From a virus (lineage: Duplodnaviria > Caudoviricetes): a stretch of 64,000 nt of DNA. This document shows positions 8,572 through 20,912 of this stretch, piece after piece. The stretch lies in the IMG/VR virus record IMGVR_UViG_3300031993_000059, positions 6,597 to 70,596 of that record. One strand, 5' to 3'. The notes below the pieces were generated by a model. The model saw only the letters and a program-made list of their open reading frames with translations. It did no database searches and was not told where the DNA came from. A program made the translations under genes and the position numbers. Numbering within the stretch: the stretch's first letter is position 1; each line of letters starts with the position of its first letter.

Positions 8572-9321
8572 TCACACTTCTCGGACGAAAGCCGATATTC
8601 CTTTCTATTTCAATTCAGCGCAGAGTTTATCAGCGTTTGTTTTGCCGCTGAAATACCCAAGTTGTACCTTATACATTCCGTCCTCAACAAGCTTAGAAGA
8701 GTTATAACCCTTCTTTTTTAATAATGCGACTTGTTCATTAAACTTGTTGATGTCATTGTATGCACCAGCCTGGACACGATAATGCGCCCTATCTTTTAGC
8801 CGCAGAATGATTGCAACTTTAGCAGATTTATGCGCCAATCCACCAATCCATTTCTTAAACACCGCACTTTCACCGCTGCCGTTAGCATATGCATGGCCAG
8901 AATCGAAGCTCTTCTTGTTGCCAATGTAGGCGTTAGTATGATTCATGTTTGCATAAATCAAAACATCACCATCGCAAAGCTTGCCTTTCGTGTACAGATT
9001 AAGTACAGTGTCGTTGACTTTGATGATGTCAAAATACTTTTTAACCGCTTCTTTTCCTGCTGCTGATGTGTAAACAATCTTGCCCATTGAACCATACCAG
9101 TGCGTTGTCGCCGCTGGCAGTCCAGCCATGAAGAATCCCATCTATACACCGGAAACGCAATTCGTCAGCCGATTCATCTTGCGAGCTTTCTCAAAAGTCG
9201 GATATCTCTTTTTGGTATTCGTATATTTCCATGGTTTCTTTGCAGCAATATCCTTTTTAAGCTCACTGTCCATATACTTCAAAGCGTCTAAAAACTTTTC
9301 ATTCAAATGTTTTTCTGCCAT
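8572..9321 (-). CDS. putative cell-wall hydrolase (NlpC/CHAP-like Cys-His) with SPOR repeats; TAG-recoded
   Basis: ATG at 9321 abuts the upstream TAA; RLTNCVSGV[TAG 9142]MG, HTNAY, YRVQAGAY / YKVQLGYF SPOR motifs; ELK[TAG 8605]KGISAFVREV-TGA completes the SPOR C-terminus (compare KLKAKGFSAFIKAV in the neighbour). Confidence 0.75.
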
Positions 9322-10974
9322 TTAACTCACCGCCTTTATAAATGCACTGAAGCCCTTGGCTTTCAGCTTGTTAACTCTTTCTTCAGCAACACTCTTATTT
9401 TGGAAAGATCCGCAGTACGTGTAGTACGAACCATTAATGTTTTCATAGAAGCAGTCAAAGCCGAGTTTGCTTTTAATGTTCTTGATCAGTTTGTCCCTCG
9501 CACTGGTTGTCGTAAACACCCCTACCTGGACACGGTAGTAGGTCGTTTTGCCAGTCTACGTAGTCGGTTGACTATTTGTCTGGGTAGATGTCTACGATGG
9601 CTTCTAGGTGGCATTATTCGTGTCTGGTGAGGTCGTAGCAGACCCAGATGATTGAAGTTCGGCAATCGCCTTCTTGTCATACTGAGTGAGGTTATACTGG
9701 TTAACAATTCTCATTACTGATGTAGTGTAAGTAGTGCCAGTAGCATAACCCTTCTTGTGGATGACAGTAATCATCGCTTGAGGATCCGTCATACCAACAA
9801 CTTCACGATACTTATATGTGCCGTTCGCTTTTACGTGTGTCAAGAATAATTCATAATCAAGAATCGAATATGCATAGTTTGGAAATACCCTAAAAGCAGC
9901 AGTGACAGTAGTAGGAACTCCACCATAAACTTCCGGTGTTCTCTTACTAAAAGAAGTGCCATCCCAAACGGTTTGGTCTTGCCAAGTGGAGTTAATAAGA
10001 TCGGCCTTCTGCCCAATCAAATTACTTCTCTTTGTCAGTTCAATCGCATCTTGCGCCGTCCCACCGCCATTCTCAAGAAATGCTTGCGCAATAACAATAG
10101 AAGGAAGGATTCTCGTATACGGATAAAGCTTAACTGCAATGTATGAGACTTTATCAATATAATCTTGCTGAGAATTCGGCAGACCTTTATAGTCTGGAAG
10201 GGTAGCCAACAGTGCAAGACTTGATTGTTTATTTTGGCTTGCAATTACGGTGGCTATCGCCGGTAAGCCCTTCGATGTATATTGTGCCTTACCATCTAAT
10301 GTAAATACTGTATATCCCGGATTTTCATTTGCACATTCAACGGCTTTATCATAGTATACAAACGCCCCCTTTTGGCTAGATGCATTGTCCCAAGTAAGTC
10401 TTACTTTATATTTAATATCCTCAACTGGTGTAACCTAACCTCCAAGTCTCTTTGTTACTTCTGCGGCAATTGTCCCAAGACGGCTATAGATATAATCGCC
10501 AGGGCATGCCTTGTTTGCAAACCAACGGTGTACAGTTATTAACATCTCATTTGCTTTCGGTGTATAGCTCAAGCTTTTATTCTTATCACCCAACCAAAGC
10601 AGTGTGTTCTTGCCATTTCTGCGGCAGATATCTACACATAAATCAATAAGTTTATTATATACTTTGCTGTTAATTGCATATGGATGCGTTGTGTCAGATG
10701 CGCACTCTATCGTAATAGCACGATTATCGTTATCAGAGCTGGAAGAACACCAGCTTCTGTTCTTTTCTTCAACTATCATTGCAACTCGCCCATCAGAACC
10801 AATGCCGTAATTGCAAGAACACTAAGCAGAGGTTTTCGCAAACCATGCACTCATCGATTCGACAGACATCTAACCAACAACACAATGCGGAGTGATTCTG
10901 TTAATTGCATATTTCCTCTGACCAGAGTGATTAGGACTGAGCTTTGTGTAGTTAACTAAAGTACTATTACTCAT
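9322..10974 (-). CDS. endolysin: Amidase_2 + glucosaminidase + SPOR; TAG-recoded (6 in-frame TAG)
   Basis: RBS AGGAGG; MSNSTLVNYTKLSPNHSG..ITPHCVVG[TAG]MSVE..SA[TAG]CSCNYGIG..RSWCSSS..AITIECAS..HRWFANKACPG; then AQAFLE/NLIGQKA/GYAT glucosaminidase and YYRVQVG SPOR. TAG at 10870, 10822, 10435, 9604, 9592, 9556; TAA stop. Confidence 0.88.
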
Positions 10975-11000
10975 TGTTTACGTTCCTCCTTTAAAAATTC

Positions 11001-11027
11001 AGAGCCGCCCCTATGCGAAGCGACTCT
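11001..11027 (-). terminator. hairpin between holin and endolysin
   Basis: AGAGCCGC...GCGACTCT stem, followed on the - strand by GAATTTTT. Confidence 0.4.
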
Positions 11028-11036
11028 GATTAGTTA

Positions 11037-11366
11037 TTAATCTACAAAGTTTTCTACAACCCTATCAAGTTGCATTGTTGCGTATTCAGCAGCCTAATCG
11101 AAAACTTTTTGCGTAATTTCTGAAATCATCTGCCGAGTAATGAACATCTTCATTGGTGCCGGGACAAATCCATATAAAGATTCCACAACCCACTCGAACT
11201 TGTACTAACCGGCCTTGCTTACTTCTTTATAATCTTCTTCTGCCTTGTTGATAAAATCTCCGGCTTTATTGATAAGATTGCTCTTCGTCTTAATGTAAGA
11301 CGATACAAATCCAAAAATCACCATCAGTACTGTGACTACAATACTGTAAATATTAATTCCGTTCAT
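11037..11366 (-). CDS. putative holin (single N-terminal TM helix); TAG-recoded
   Basis: RBS AAGGAGG; MNGINIYSIVVTVLMVIFGFVSSYIK hydrophobic helix; KAG[TAG 11205]YKFEWVV..VFD[TAG 11094]AAEYA; TAA stop; directly upstream of the endolysin. Confidence 0.65.
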
Positions 11367-11381
11367 AATTGTTCCTCCTTG

Positions 11382-13487
11382 TTAACCCATCAAACAGTCG
11401 ACATAATTGTTAACAACCTCTTCATCTGTAAGAACCCTATTGTATGTTCTGATTTTTGCACAGTGCATACCGCTGACCTCAAGTGCATTTGTTCCAGGCA
11501 GACCAACTGGACTATATGCTCCAGAAAGTATGCACTAGCCATTATAGTAGATTTTCTCAACTGCGGGATTCTGACTTAGACAAACCACAAGATGCGTCTT
11601 TGTAGTAACAGTAGCATCAAGATTTGTTCGCATCGGTATACCGCCTGGAATCTCATCTGATATACGGTTTGTTTGCGCACTTCCTGCAATGGTTAGCTGG
11701 TTCATATCCACATTTATCAGTATATTGATACCATTGACGTTTGGGTTTTCTCCAGCAGTATCCGTATATCTTCCACTTAGGAACGCCCAATATGTACTCC
11801 CACTGAGTGCGCTATATGCCTCAGTAGCTGAATAAATATATATGCTTGTATGAGCAATACCATATAGTTCATACGTTTGAGGATATGACCCAAGACCTGC
11901 AGCATTTGGAACTCTTAAACCAACAGATTTTGTACCACTTGAATATCTGCCAGCAGAATAAAATATTCCATCATGAATGCCACCCCACGGAGCATAATTA
12001 GCAATTGTTTCAAGACCAGTACCAGTTACTATAATTGGAAGATTATTCACTTCGTCAGTTATTGAACCAGTGTATCCATCCTAATATTTTGACATATTCC
12101 AATATGCGACTAAACCATTAGTAGTGTATAATGGATCGTCTACAATCTAATCCGCAAACGTACTCCATATATTAGCCGTTTTATATGCATTTAATATACT
12201 ATGATCAGCACTGTATGGGACATAATAAACTCTATCAGATGGGCCGCCGGTAAATGTATTGCTATATATAGTAGGCGGAGTAGTTGGAAGCATACGCACT
12301 TCTTTTAAAGCACCATTATATCTAAATGCTGTATCATTAATGGTAGTTACTGTTTCTGGAATTATAAGCTTTTTGATAATACTTTCCCTACACGTATCAG
12401 CAGGAATTGTTGTATAAGTCCCAGGAGCGATATAATGCGTACATATACTTGCGTTATATAGTGCGGCATCTAGATTTGTGTTTGAATTGTAACTTGGGAA
12501 TACCAACTTTCGCAATGATCGTAACTAATTACCCCTTATGCGGAATCCATCCATTGATTTTGGTATAGAGATATATTTAAGCGACATACAATCGTTGCCT
12601 TTTGTACAAACAATTGGAGCTTTACCGCCATTAGCACCAGATGGGAAAACAAGTCCAGTAAGAGACATACCGCTAAACATCGCATGCGCTTGATTGTCAG
12701 ATATTTCAAACTATGTACATGTCGTTGGAATGCTTATTGATTTACAATTTGTAAGTTCATAGAATGCACATCTACAAATACCAGCTACTCCAGTCCCTAT
12801 TTCAACCTTATTCACGGTTAATTTATGCAAATCAAAATCTTTAACAATGGTTCTCCAGTATCCATCTGCCTATGGTTGCCCAAGAAGAATACTGCCAGAT
12901 TTTACCTAAATCTATATGATATAGTTTCCGGGAGTAGTGTACGTATGAACAGAATTCGATGCATCCCAGCGTGATGTACTTTGTGTTATATCTCCAGAAG
13001 ATGTACCGTCACCCCAATCAATCGCCCAAGTTGCTGAACTTGGTATATTTACGCTTATTCCAATATTGGGATCGCTACTATTAATAAAATCATTGTCTAT
13101 TGTAATGTATATTTTAGTTTTACCATTATCTGTTGTGTAACTTTGCCCAATGACCAAACCACCATACTGACGAACAAATGGTTTCGCATCAGCCAACGTC
13201 CAATTCCAACCTTGTGCAGTAAGTCCCCAAACTGAGTTTATTGAAGGATTTGCTGGCAATGCACTTAATGCACAAAATTCATCAACCGTGTAACTATACA
13301 ATAATCTTCCATCATAATCTATAAAATCAACATCCTTTGGCTAACATAAATCCCATTTGTTGCCGCTAGATGAATCAGCAAATGTAATATCGTGTTCAAG
13401 CCATTTGCCAGCAGTTGTTAGAGTATTTGTCTAATTATATGCATCCTCAATTATTAAATCGTTGCCATAACTTACATATACACTCAT
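11382..13487 (-). CDS. PKD-like + BspA-type LRR + LamG-like domain protein; TAG-recoded (~701 aa)
   Basis: ORF fragments 12912, 12147 and 11535 share one frame separated only by TAG; IDWGDG..HTYTTPG (PKD), IPETVTTINDTAF (BspA LRR), IRTYNRVLTDEEV (LamG end); TAA stop. Confidence 0.75.
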
Positions 13488-13504
13488 TATCCGTCACCCC
13501 CTTT

Positions 13505-14854
13505 TTATTGTGGCTCTTCCTATATTTGGCTTGCAAGGTTGCTCCATTGCGATGCAGTTTTATATGCGTTAAGCACACTATGATTTGAACTATATGGAAC
13601 GTAATAGATTCTACCAGCTGGAGCGCCCACAGTAAAAGCCTAAGAATTTGCAAGTGTAGGTGGAGTTGTTGGAAGCAGATGAACCTCCATTAATTTATAG
13701 TTGTTATTAAATGCGCCATTTTCTATAGATGTAACAGACGCTGGGATGGTGAGAGAACTAATCTAACTTCCACAACATGCATTGGTTTTAATGGTAGTAT
13801 ATGTACCGGGAACAATATAATGCGTAAGACTTTTTGCATATCCAAATGAGATACTTAAAGTTGAGTTATCATAATCTGGAAGTATAAATTTTTTCAACGA
13901 CCATACATTTCCATCAACTACAGTGGTATATTTTAATGTTTTAGGAAAAGAAACATATTTCATTCTACAACAATCAAATGAGCCACCATTACCAGCAAAT
14001 ACTCTGTTTATTGGTGGCGTTCCAGATGGCATAACAATTCCGCGAAAATTCAAACCAGCAAACATTGGGTCAGTGCCAGTATCATTGTCCTAACAGCATG
14101 TAATGGGAATGCTTACGTATTTACAGTTATGAAAACCGTTAAATACGTTTCTGCAAATCCCAAAAACACCATTGCCAATTTCGACTCTTGAGACAGCCAT
14201 ACGAAATTTAAAATCATTCCCTACAACTGAATAATTAGATCCCCAATAACCAAGACGGATATTACCAGATGTTACAGTTACTTCGATTACATAATCACCA
14301 GCTTTTGTATATGTATGTTTATGTGTATCCTACGGATTGCTACTAGTGCCAGCGGTCAATCCTTCAGATGTTGCTCCGTCCCCCCAATTGATATCAAATT
14401 TTCCGCCAGTACCAGGAACATTAATATATAACGGAACAGTAGAATAGCCACTTTCAACTAAATCATTGGAGATTGTAATATATATCCTCGTCTTTCCACT
14501 ATCAGTCGTATAATTTTGACCAATTACCTATGCGCCATGCTATTGAACAAAAGTTTTAGCATCAGCAAGTGTCCAGTTCCAACCTTGAGCAACGAGATGT
14601 GGATATGATGGGTTGGCTGGCATAGCACTCAACGCCAAAAACTCCGACTTGGTATAGCTATATACGAGCCTTCCATCGAAGTCGATAAAATCAACGTCTT
14701 TTGGCTAACACAAATCAGTCCTATCCGTGTTATAGTTTGTAAATTTAATATTGTCTAACGCATATGTATTTGCGGTTAATAATGTTTTGTATGGCACATA
14801 AGTGTTTGAAATATCTGCTATCATACTGCCATTATATTGAACTACTGTACTCAT
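13505..14854 (-). CDS. PKD-like + BspA-type LRR protein, paralogue of 11382-13487; TAG-recoded (~449 aa)
   Basis: TAATG overlap with upstream stop; DLC[TAG]PKDVDFIDFDGRLVYSYT and QGWNWTLADAK shared with the paralogue; IPASVTSIENGAF; TAA at 13505. Confidence 0.75.
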
Positions 14855-17800
14855 TACGATACACCTCCGTTATAAAGCGGGAACGTGACGGTTGAGATGT
14901 AATCCTCTCCATAGTACAGTCTTAATGTATTACCAGATAAATATAAATACAAATTTGATGGCAAATCATCAGCCCTTATATATGAGTCATAGATGTCATT
15001 GCCATTTTTATCAGCCACGGCTCTACTTGCTGTACCGACAAGATTTGCTGTGATTCCGCCGGGAACTGTCATAGCACCAGTTGACAAATTGATTTTTGCA
15101 CGTTTAGCATCATCATTAGAAATTACACCATACCAATCTTTATAACTTGTTGTATATGAAGTCCAAGCTGCCGTTGCACTATTTGCAGAACTCTATGCAA
15201 GCAATGGGACATTAATATTTGTACCACTAGCATATGTTCTAAGCAATGTATTAGTGTTCGAATCGTAAAAATTCAGCACACACCAAGTTCCGCCAGTAAC
15301 TGTCGCAGTCGTAGTATTGTTCTGACCGTCAAGGGCGTACATAGATGCGGCAGAATTGCTACTATTAAACATTAATAATAAATACATACCAGCACCAAAA
15401 TGTGTAGTTAATCTTGTGGTGCCATTTAATGTAATAGGATAATAATTTGTGCCATTATTCATTGACAAATAAACACCATATGAATGCCCAGCGCCCGGTG
15501 TTTTTATAACAATTATATCTCCATTGCTTGGATTATAACCGTGATTAAACGACCATTTAGTTGGCAAATATCTTGGATTTGCGCTTTCACCTTTATCTCC
15601 GCCAGTTTGCGGCATAGTTCCATCTGTCCAAGCTTGGTTGACGATTCGCGTGTCAATCTTATCGCTAATAACTCCATTGGTAAATCTACCGGTTCCAGTT
15701 ACGATTAAACTTCCAGCATTGAGTTCGCCGTAACTATTAAAGTTCTGATAATTGCCACTGTCTAAAACTTTTCTCCAAGGTTGCCATGTGCCATTATTTT
15801 TACCACGCAGTGCAATTTGACCAGTTCGATAGTCTTGGTAAATTTCGCTAATCCAGTTGTCGCTATATTTGTTTACATATGCCGCACCGTCGGTTTGGCT
15901 ATATAAATCTGTGCTATTCGTCCCATTTACATACCAAATACCAGTATTAAGATTATCAGTTATCGCAAGTGCAGTAGTAGCGGTAGCATTAGTCCCAGCC
16001 ATTCTATACGTAGTTTGCGTAGCAGTACCGGATGATAAATAAATAGGTCTATCAGTGCCACCAACAGTAGAAGATCCAAGCTTAGTTGCAGTAGTGGCAG
16101 ATCCAACAGAAAGTGTAGATTGGGCAACCCAAGCTGGGGCGGAAGAAGAGCCATTGGTCTTTAATACATACCCAGAAGTTCCAACTCCAAGCGATGTAAG
16201 CGTGGTACTAGCAGAAGCGTAAACCAAACTATACTATGTCCACGAAGTTTGACCAGTACCACCTTGTCCAACCGGAAGAGTCCCCCACGTTACCGTAGTA
16301 TTTGATGATGTAGTATATGGCACTCCACTTGTAGAAGCGGCAGTAGGTTTAACAACACAAGTCGCAACACCTGTCGCAACAGTATCGTCTACATACTTCT
16401 TATTGGCGGCATCAGAATTATTAGTAGGTGCGACTAGACCAGTAAATGTAGCAGTGCCTTCGTTTGTTAATTCAATCTTTGCACTAGGAGATCCCTATAA
16501 AACTACACCAGTATAAGATATTACAACCTTTTGCTCAAAATCATCATTATAATCAGAATCTACCATCAGCTCTATTTTAGATGGCGTTTGATCTATTAAT
16601 GATTCATCGCTGTCGCTATTATCCCATGCATCGCTGTGCAAGCCTCTATAATAATATAAATATTGGCTCATATATGTTTGTGAACTTGCGGCAAATTTTG
16701 TACCAGCACCGATTAGCCACAACGTTCCAGAAGAGTTTGTAGCACCAGCGGTATTCTTTGTATCTGTGATATTTACAGTTTTCGCCGCAGAACCATTGTA
16801 AGTAAACTTATCAGTACCTTCTGTAGTACCGCCATCAAGTGTAATTACAAGGTCGTTTGAAACTTGCGTGGCTGTACCAGTTAAATCGCCATAGATACCA
16901 TTAGTAAATCTTCCAGAACCAGTAACTATAACATTACCAGCAGTAAGATCGGTAACATCGATAATGGGAGTTGTGACAGAACCATCAAATGTAGCATGGC
17001 CGGCACCAGATATTGAAGCTACATTAGTAGATCTGGTAACATTTTTCAAAATCCATCCACGATTATTTGATCCAGTGATATCACTGCCACCTGCGCCAGA
17101 CATATACGAATATATAGCCCAATCACCAGTTACATAACCATGTGTGCCACCATTAGTCGTATTACGCATGGCAATACCATAAGAGGCAGGACTTGTACCA
17201 TATAACGCTATACCACCGGCAGTGCCGGAGTTTGCGGCATTTGCTGATATATAAGTGCTCGCAGAAATTCCACTTGGAACTGTTAAAACACCAGTTGATA
17301 AATTGATTTTTACTCTTTTAGCATCATCGCTTGGGATTGCACCATACCAATCTTTGTAACTTGATGTATATGATGTCCAAGTCGCATTTGCACTGTTTGC
17401 AGAGTTTTGTCCAATAAGTGGAACATTTAGATTGGTAGAACTTGCATAAACTCTTAATAAAGTGTTTGTATTACCACTATCATAATAGTTAAATACACGC
17501 CAAGTTCCACCAGTAACAGTTGCTGTTGTAGTATTATCTTGTCCAGCCAAAGCATATATTGATGCGGCTGAGTTGCTACTATCGAACACTAATATTATAT
17601 AAGAACCAGAAGGAAAATGAGTGGTCAATTTCCCGGTTCCAGATAAGGTAATCGGATAGTAATTCGTACCGTTATTCATAGATAAGTATACGCCATAAGA
17701 ATGTCCAGCACCCGGAGTCTTGATAATTATTGTATCTCCGTTTATAGGATTATGCCCATGATTAAATGACCATTTCTACGGAAGATATCTAGGGCTTGCA

Positions 17801-20800
17801 CTTGATCCCTTATCTCCGCCAGCCTCAACTTGAGTTCCATCTGTCCAAGCCTGATTTATAATTCGTGTATAAAGCGATTTCCAATACACAGAACTACTTC
17901 CGATGTCTTGTGCGTAATTGTTCCCAGCTTCAGCTTTAACGGGGATAATATTACCAGAAGTATTAACACCAAACCCAAGACGATTACCAATAGTACCGCA
18001 ATTAGATTGTACGAAAATTTCAGTGTCCGCTGTTATATATGTATTTTCACCAGTACTATTTGTGAACTTATTACTATAAAGCGCACTAGGACTTTCACCG
18101 CCACCTATAAACACGTTGCCACCAGACTGAATAACCATATTAGTTCCATTTGATGCCGTGTCATGATCATCGTAAGCGGCAATATATGCACTAGTATATG
18201 CTAAATTATTATCAGTCTAAATTGTTTTAAATATAATCCTAGAAGGCTAGTTAGATGCGATTGTACTGCTTTTTTGAAGAGTTAAATCACCAGTTAATGT
18301 GCCACCAGACAATTTAAGATACGTAGAAGATATAGTATTTCCGTCTCCATCCTACGTGGCTTTTGTCGCAGAATCTGCTGACGTAGCATTAGAAGCAGTA
18401 CCTATAACATTGCCGGTTAACGTACCATAAATCCCATTAGTAAAGCTCGCAGCACCAGTAGACACAATATCTCCAACATTGAGTTCTGTAATATTTGCAG
18501 AACTGCTTGTTATGTTTGTTGAACTGATATTTGTAGATGTCAAAACCTTAGTTGAAGGATTGTACTGAAGTTCAGTAGACTTCCTTGCACCCTCAGTTCT
18601 TGTCGTGCTATCAGCAGTTTCACTAAACAGAATTTTATATCCAGCATTTGTCGTAGTAATAGTCTATGTAACTTTAACATCAGTATCGCCACTCCCTGGG
18701 AGCGTAATCGTCTTTGTAGAAGCCGATGTCACACGACCTTTAGCGTCAACTGTGAAATACGGCACTGAGAATGTACCGCCATGAGCGGGAGAAGCATTCC
18801 CCGATTGCCCATACGATCCAGCAGTTACGCCAGAGTTAGCAAGTGTTGTAGCTACAGACCAACCACCAGTTGAACTAGCAGAGCCAGTGACATCTCCAGT
18901 TAACGCAACGGACTTTGCCGCTGAAAATTCAGTAGCAGACGAAGCATTGCCAGTTACATTGCCAGTAAGATTGCCGTATAAACCACCAACGAATCTGCCA
19001 ACACCATTAACAACAAGTTGATCAGCATTTAATTCCGTTACATCAGCGGAATTTCCATACAAATCACCATAGAAAGTATTGGCATATACATATTGCCATT
19101 GATTATCAGAAGTACCTAAATTAATTGGTACTGTCGGATACATAGCAGAACTGATAACTTCTACTCCAGTTGTTGATGCATTTAATATAGGTCTTAATAC
19201 TATTTTAGAAGCACCATAAACGCCAGAAACACCATTACTAGCAACACCAAAACAACCTTTTTCCGTACTACCATCATAAAATTGAATGCCATTAGTGTAA
19301 GCAGTCGTATTTGTAGGCAGTTTTATAGTATTTGTTGCCAACGTTCCAGTATCTGGGCTATATTTTAAATTTGTATTTTTCCTAGCACCTTCCGCTCTAG
19401 TTGTATCATCAGCAGTTCCGCTAAATAATATTCTGTAATCAGTGCCAGTTGTTGTATTAGTCTGGTTAACACTTACATCAGTATTCGGATTTGACGGCAT
19501 CGTCATGTTATAACTGGCAACATCGGTTATATGACCTTCAGTATCATATTTTTCCTCATATATTGTAAATGTGTCGCCCCATGTAAGTGTTTTTGCCGAC
19601 TACGCAGCCGCAGTTTTGGCAGTTACACTATTTGTGTGGTTTAATATGATACCGTCAGTGGCATCATGTGTAAACGTCAATCCAGAACCGCCAAGAGTAG
19701 ACAGAAAAGTCTTAAGATAATCTGACCGAATAAGTCTTGCAGTGGTAGTGGTTCCAGTTCTAGCCTCTGCAACACTCATCGCAGAATATGTTGTATTTGA
19801 ATTGTACTCAATACTCGCAACCCAATATGTGCCATCATATTGGAACATATATGTTTGGTTTGCTCTTAAATTGCCGACAGCTGGTAAATTAGCCGGATCG
19901 GCCGCATTAAGCAGATACTTAATTGATTTATCTCCAGTGTTGTTAACATTCATTTGAAGGTTTGCAACTGCTGCGGAGTTTGTATAATCAAAAGTTACAA
20001 AGACAACTGCACCTTTTTCCAATGCGAAATTAGCACAAGTAACTTCTTTTAATGCGACATCGGCGGCTGTTGAACAAGTGCCAGAATATATTTTCCCAAC
20101 ACCTAAATTCGTTCTTGCAGCGGAAAAACTTGTGCCACCAGTCCCACCTTTAGCAATAGGCATAGTAGGAAGATCATCGGCAACTAACGCACGAAAGCTT
20201 GGAGCGGCGGCATTTCCAGATGATGGAGACGCTAAAACTAAGTTGGCGTTCTTATTACCATAAGGGTTCTTTGTGTCACCGTATGCATCCGCAAGACTTA
20301 TCGTGGTGTTAAGAGTGGACGTTTGTGCAGTATTAGAACTCGAAACGACTGGGCTAGTAGCCTACACACGAACTGACGTTACGCCAGAACTCGTTACATA
20401 AGAACTTGTATCTAACGTCCATGTATTTGCGGCAGTCTTCTTTAGCAATCCGCTCGTACCAGACAACGCTTCAATTGCTTTTAAATCATCAGCGTCTGTA
20501 ATATTTGATAACGCCCAAGTTGTTGGAAAATCGCTTATTTTTGATTTTGTTAATGTAGGGATATCATCTGCCGTCAATGCTCTGAAAGTTGGCGTAGCAG
20601 CATTGCCGCTAGATGGCCCAGCAAGCACATGATTGGCTGTTTTTGCACTATACGGATTTTTAGTATCACCATATGCATCAGACAAACTAATCGTGGTATT
20701 TAATGTTGATGTTTGGGCGGTGCTTGTGCTTGATGAAACTGGACTTGTCGCCTAAACTCTAACGGATGTAACACCAGAACTGGATACGAATCCAGAATCA

Positions 20801-20889
20801 TTTGTAAGATCTGAGACTTTTGTCGGAATCTTGGCTTTGATTTTTGCCCATAGACTCTAAAGCCCAGAATAATCTAAATATTTAGCCAT
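14854..20889 (-). CDS. long tail fibre / receptor-binding protein; TAG-recoded (~2011 aa, 12 in-frame TAG)
   Basis: Eight ORF fragments in one frame with only TAG between them; Thr/Ser/Gly-rich; LPIAKGGTG, APTNNSDAANKKYVDD fibre motifs; internal duplications. Confidence 0.85.
15050..17930 (-). repeat. ~200-codon internal duplication in the tail fibre (copies at ~15050-15660 and ~17260-17930)
   Basis: Both copies encode NQAWTDGT..GGDKG..PRYLP..KWSFNHG..KTPGAGHSYGVYLSMNNGTNYYPITL..TATVTGGTW..NVPL..SYKDWYG..DDAKR.KINLSTG. Boundaries approximate. Confidence 0.85.
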
Positions 20890-20912
20890 GAAAAATCACC
20901 GTCCTCCCTTAA

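Noticed and set aside
8605-16500. Special nucleotide context after TAG (programmed read-through signal)
   Set aside because: In about 17 sites checked the next base was A, G or T at roughly codon-start frequencies; no motif or downstream hairpin, which fits global reassignment.
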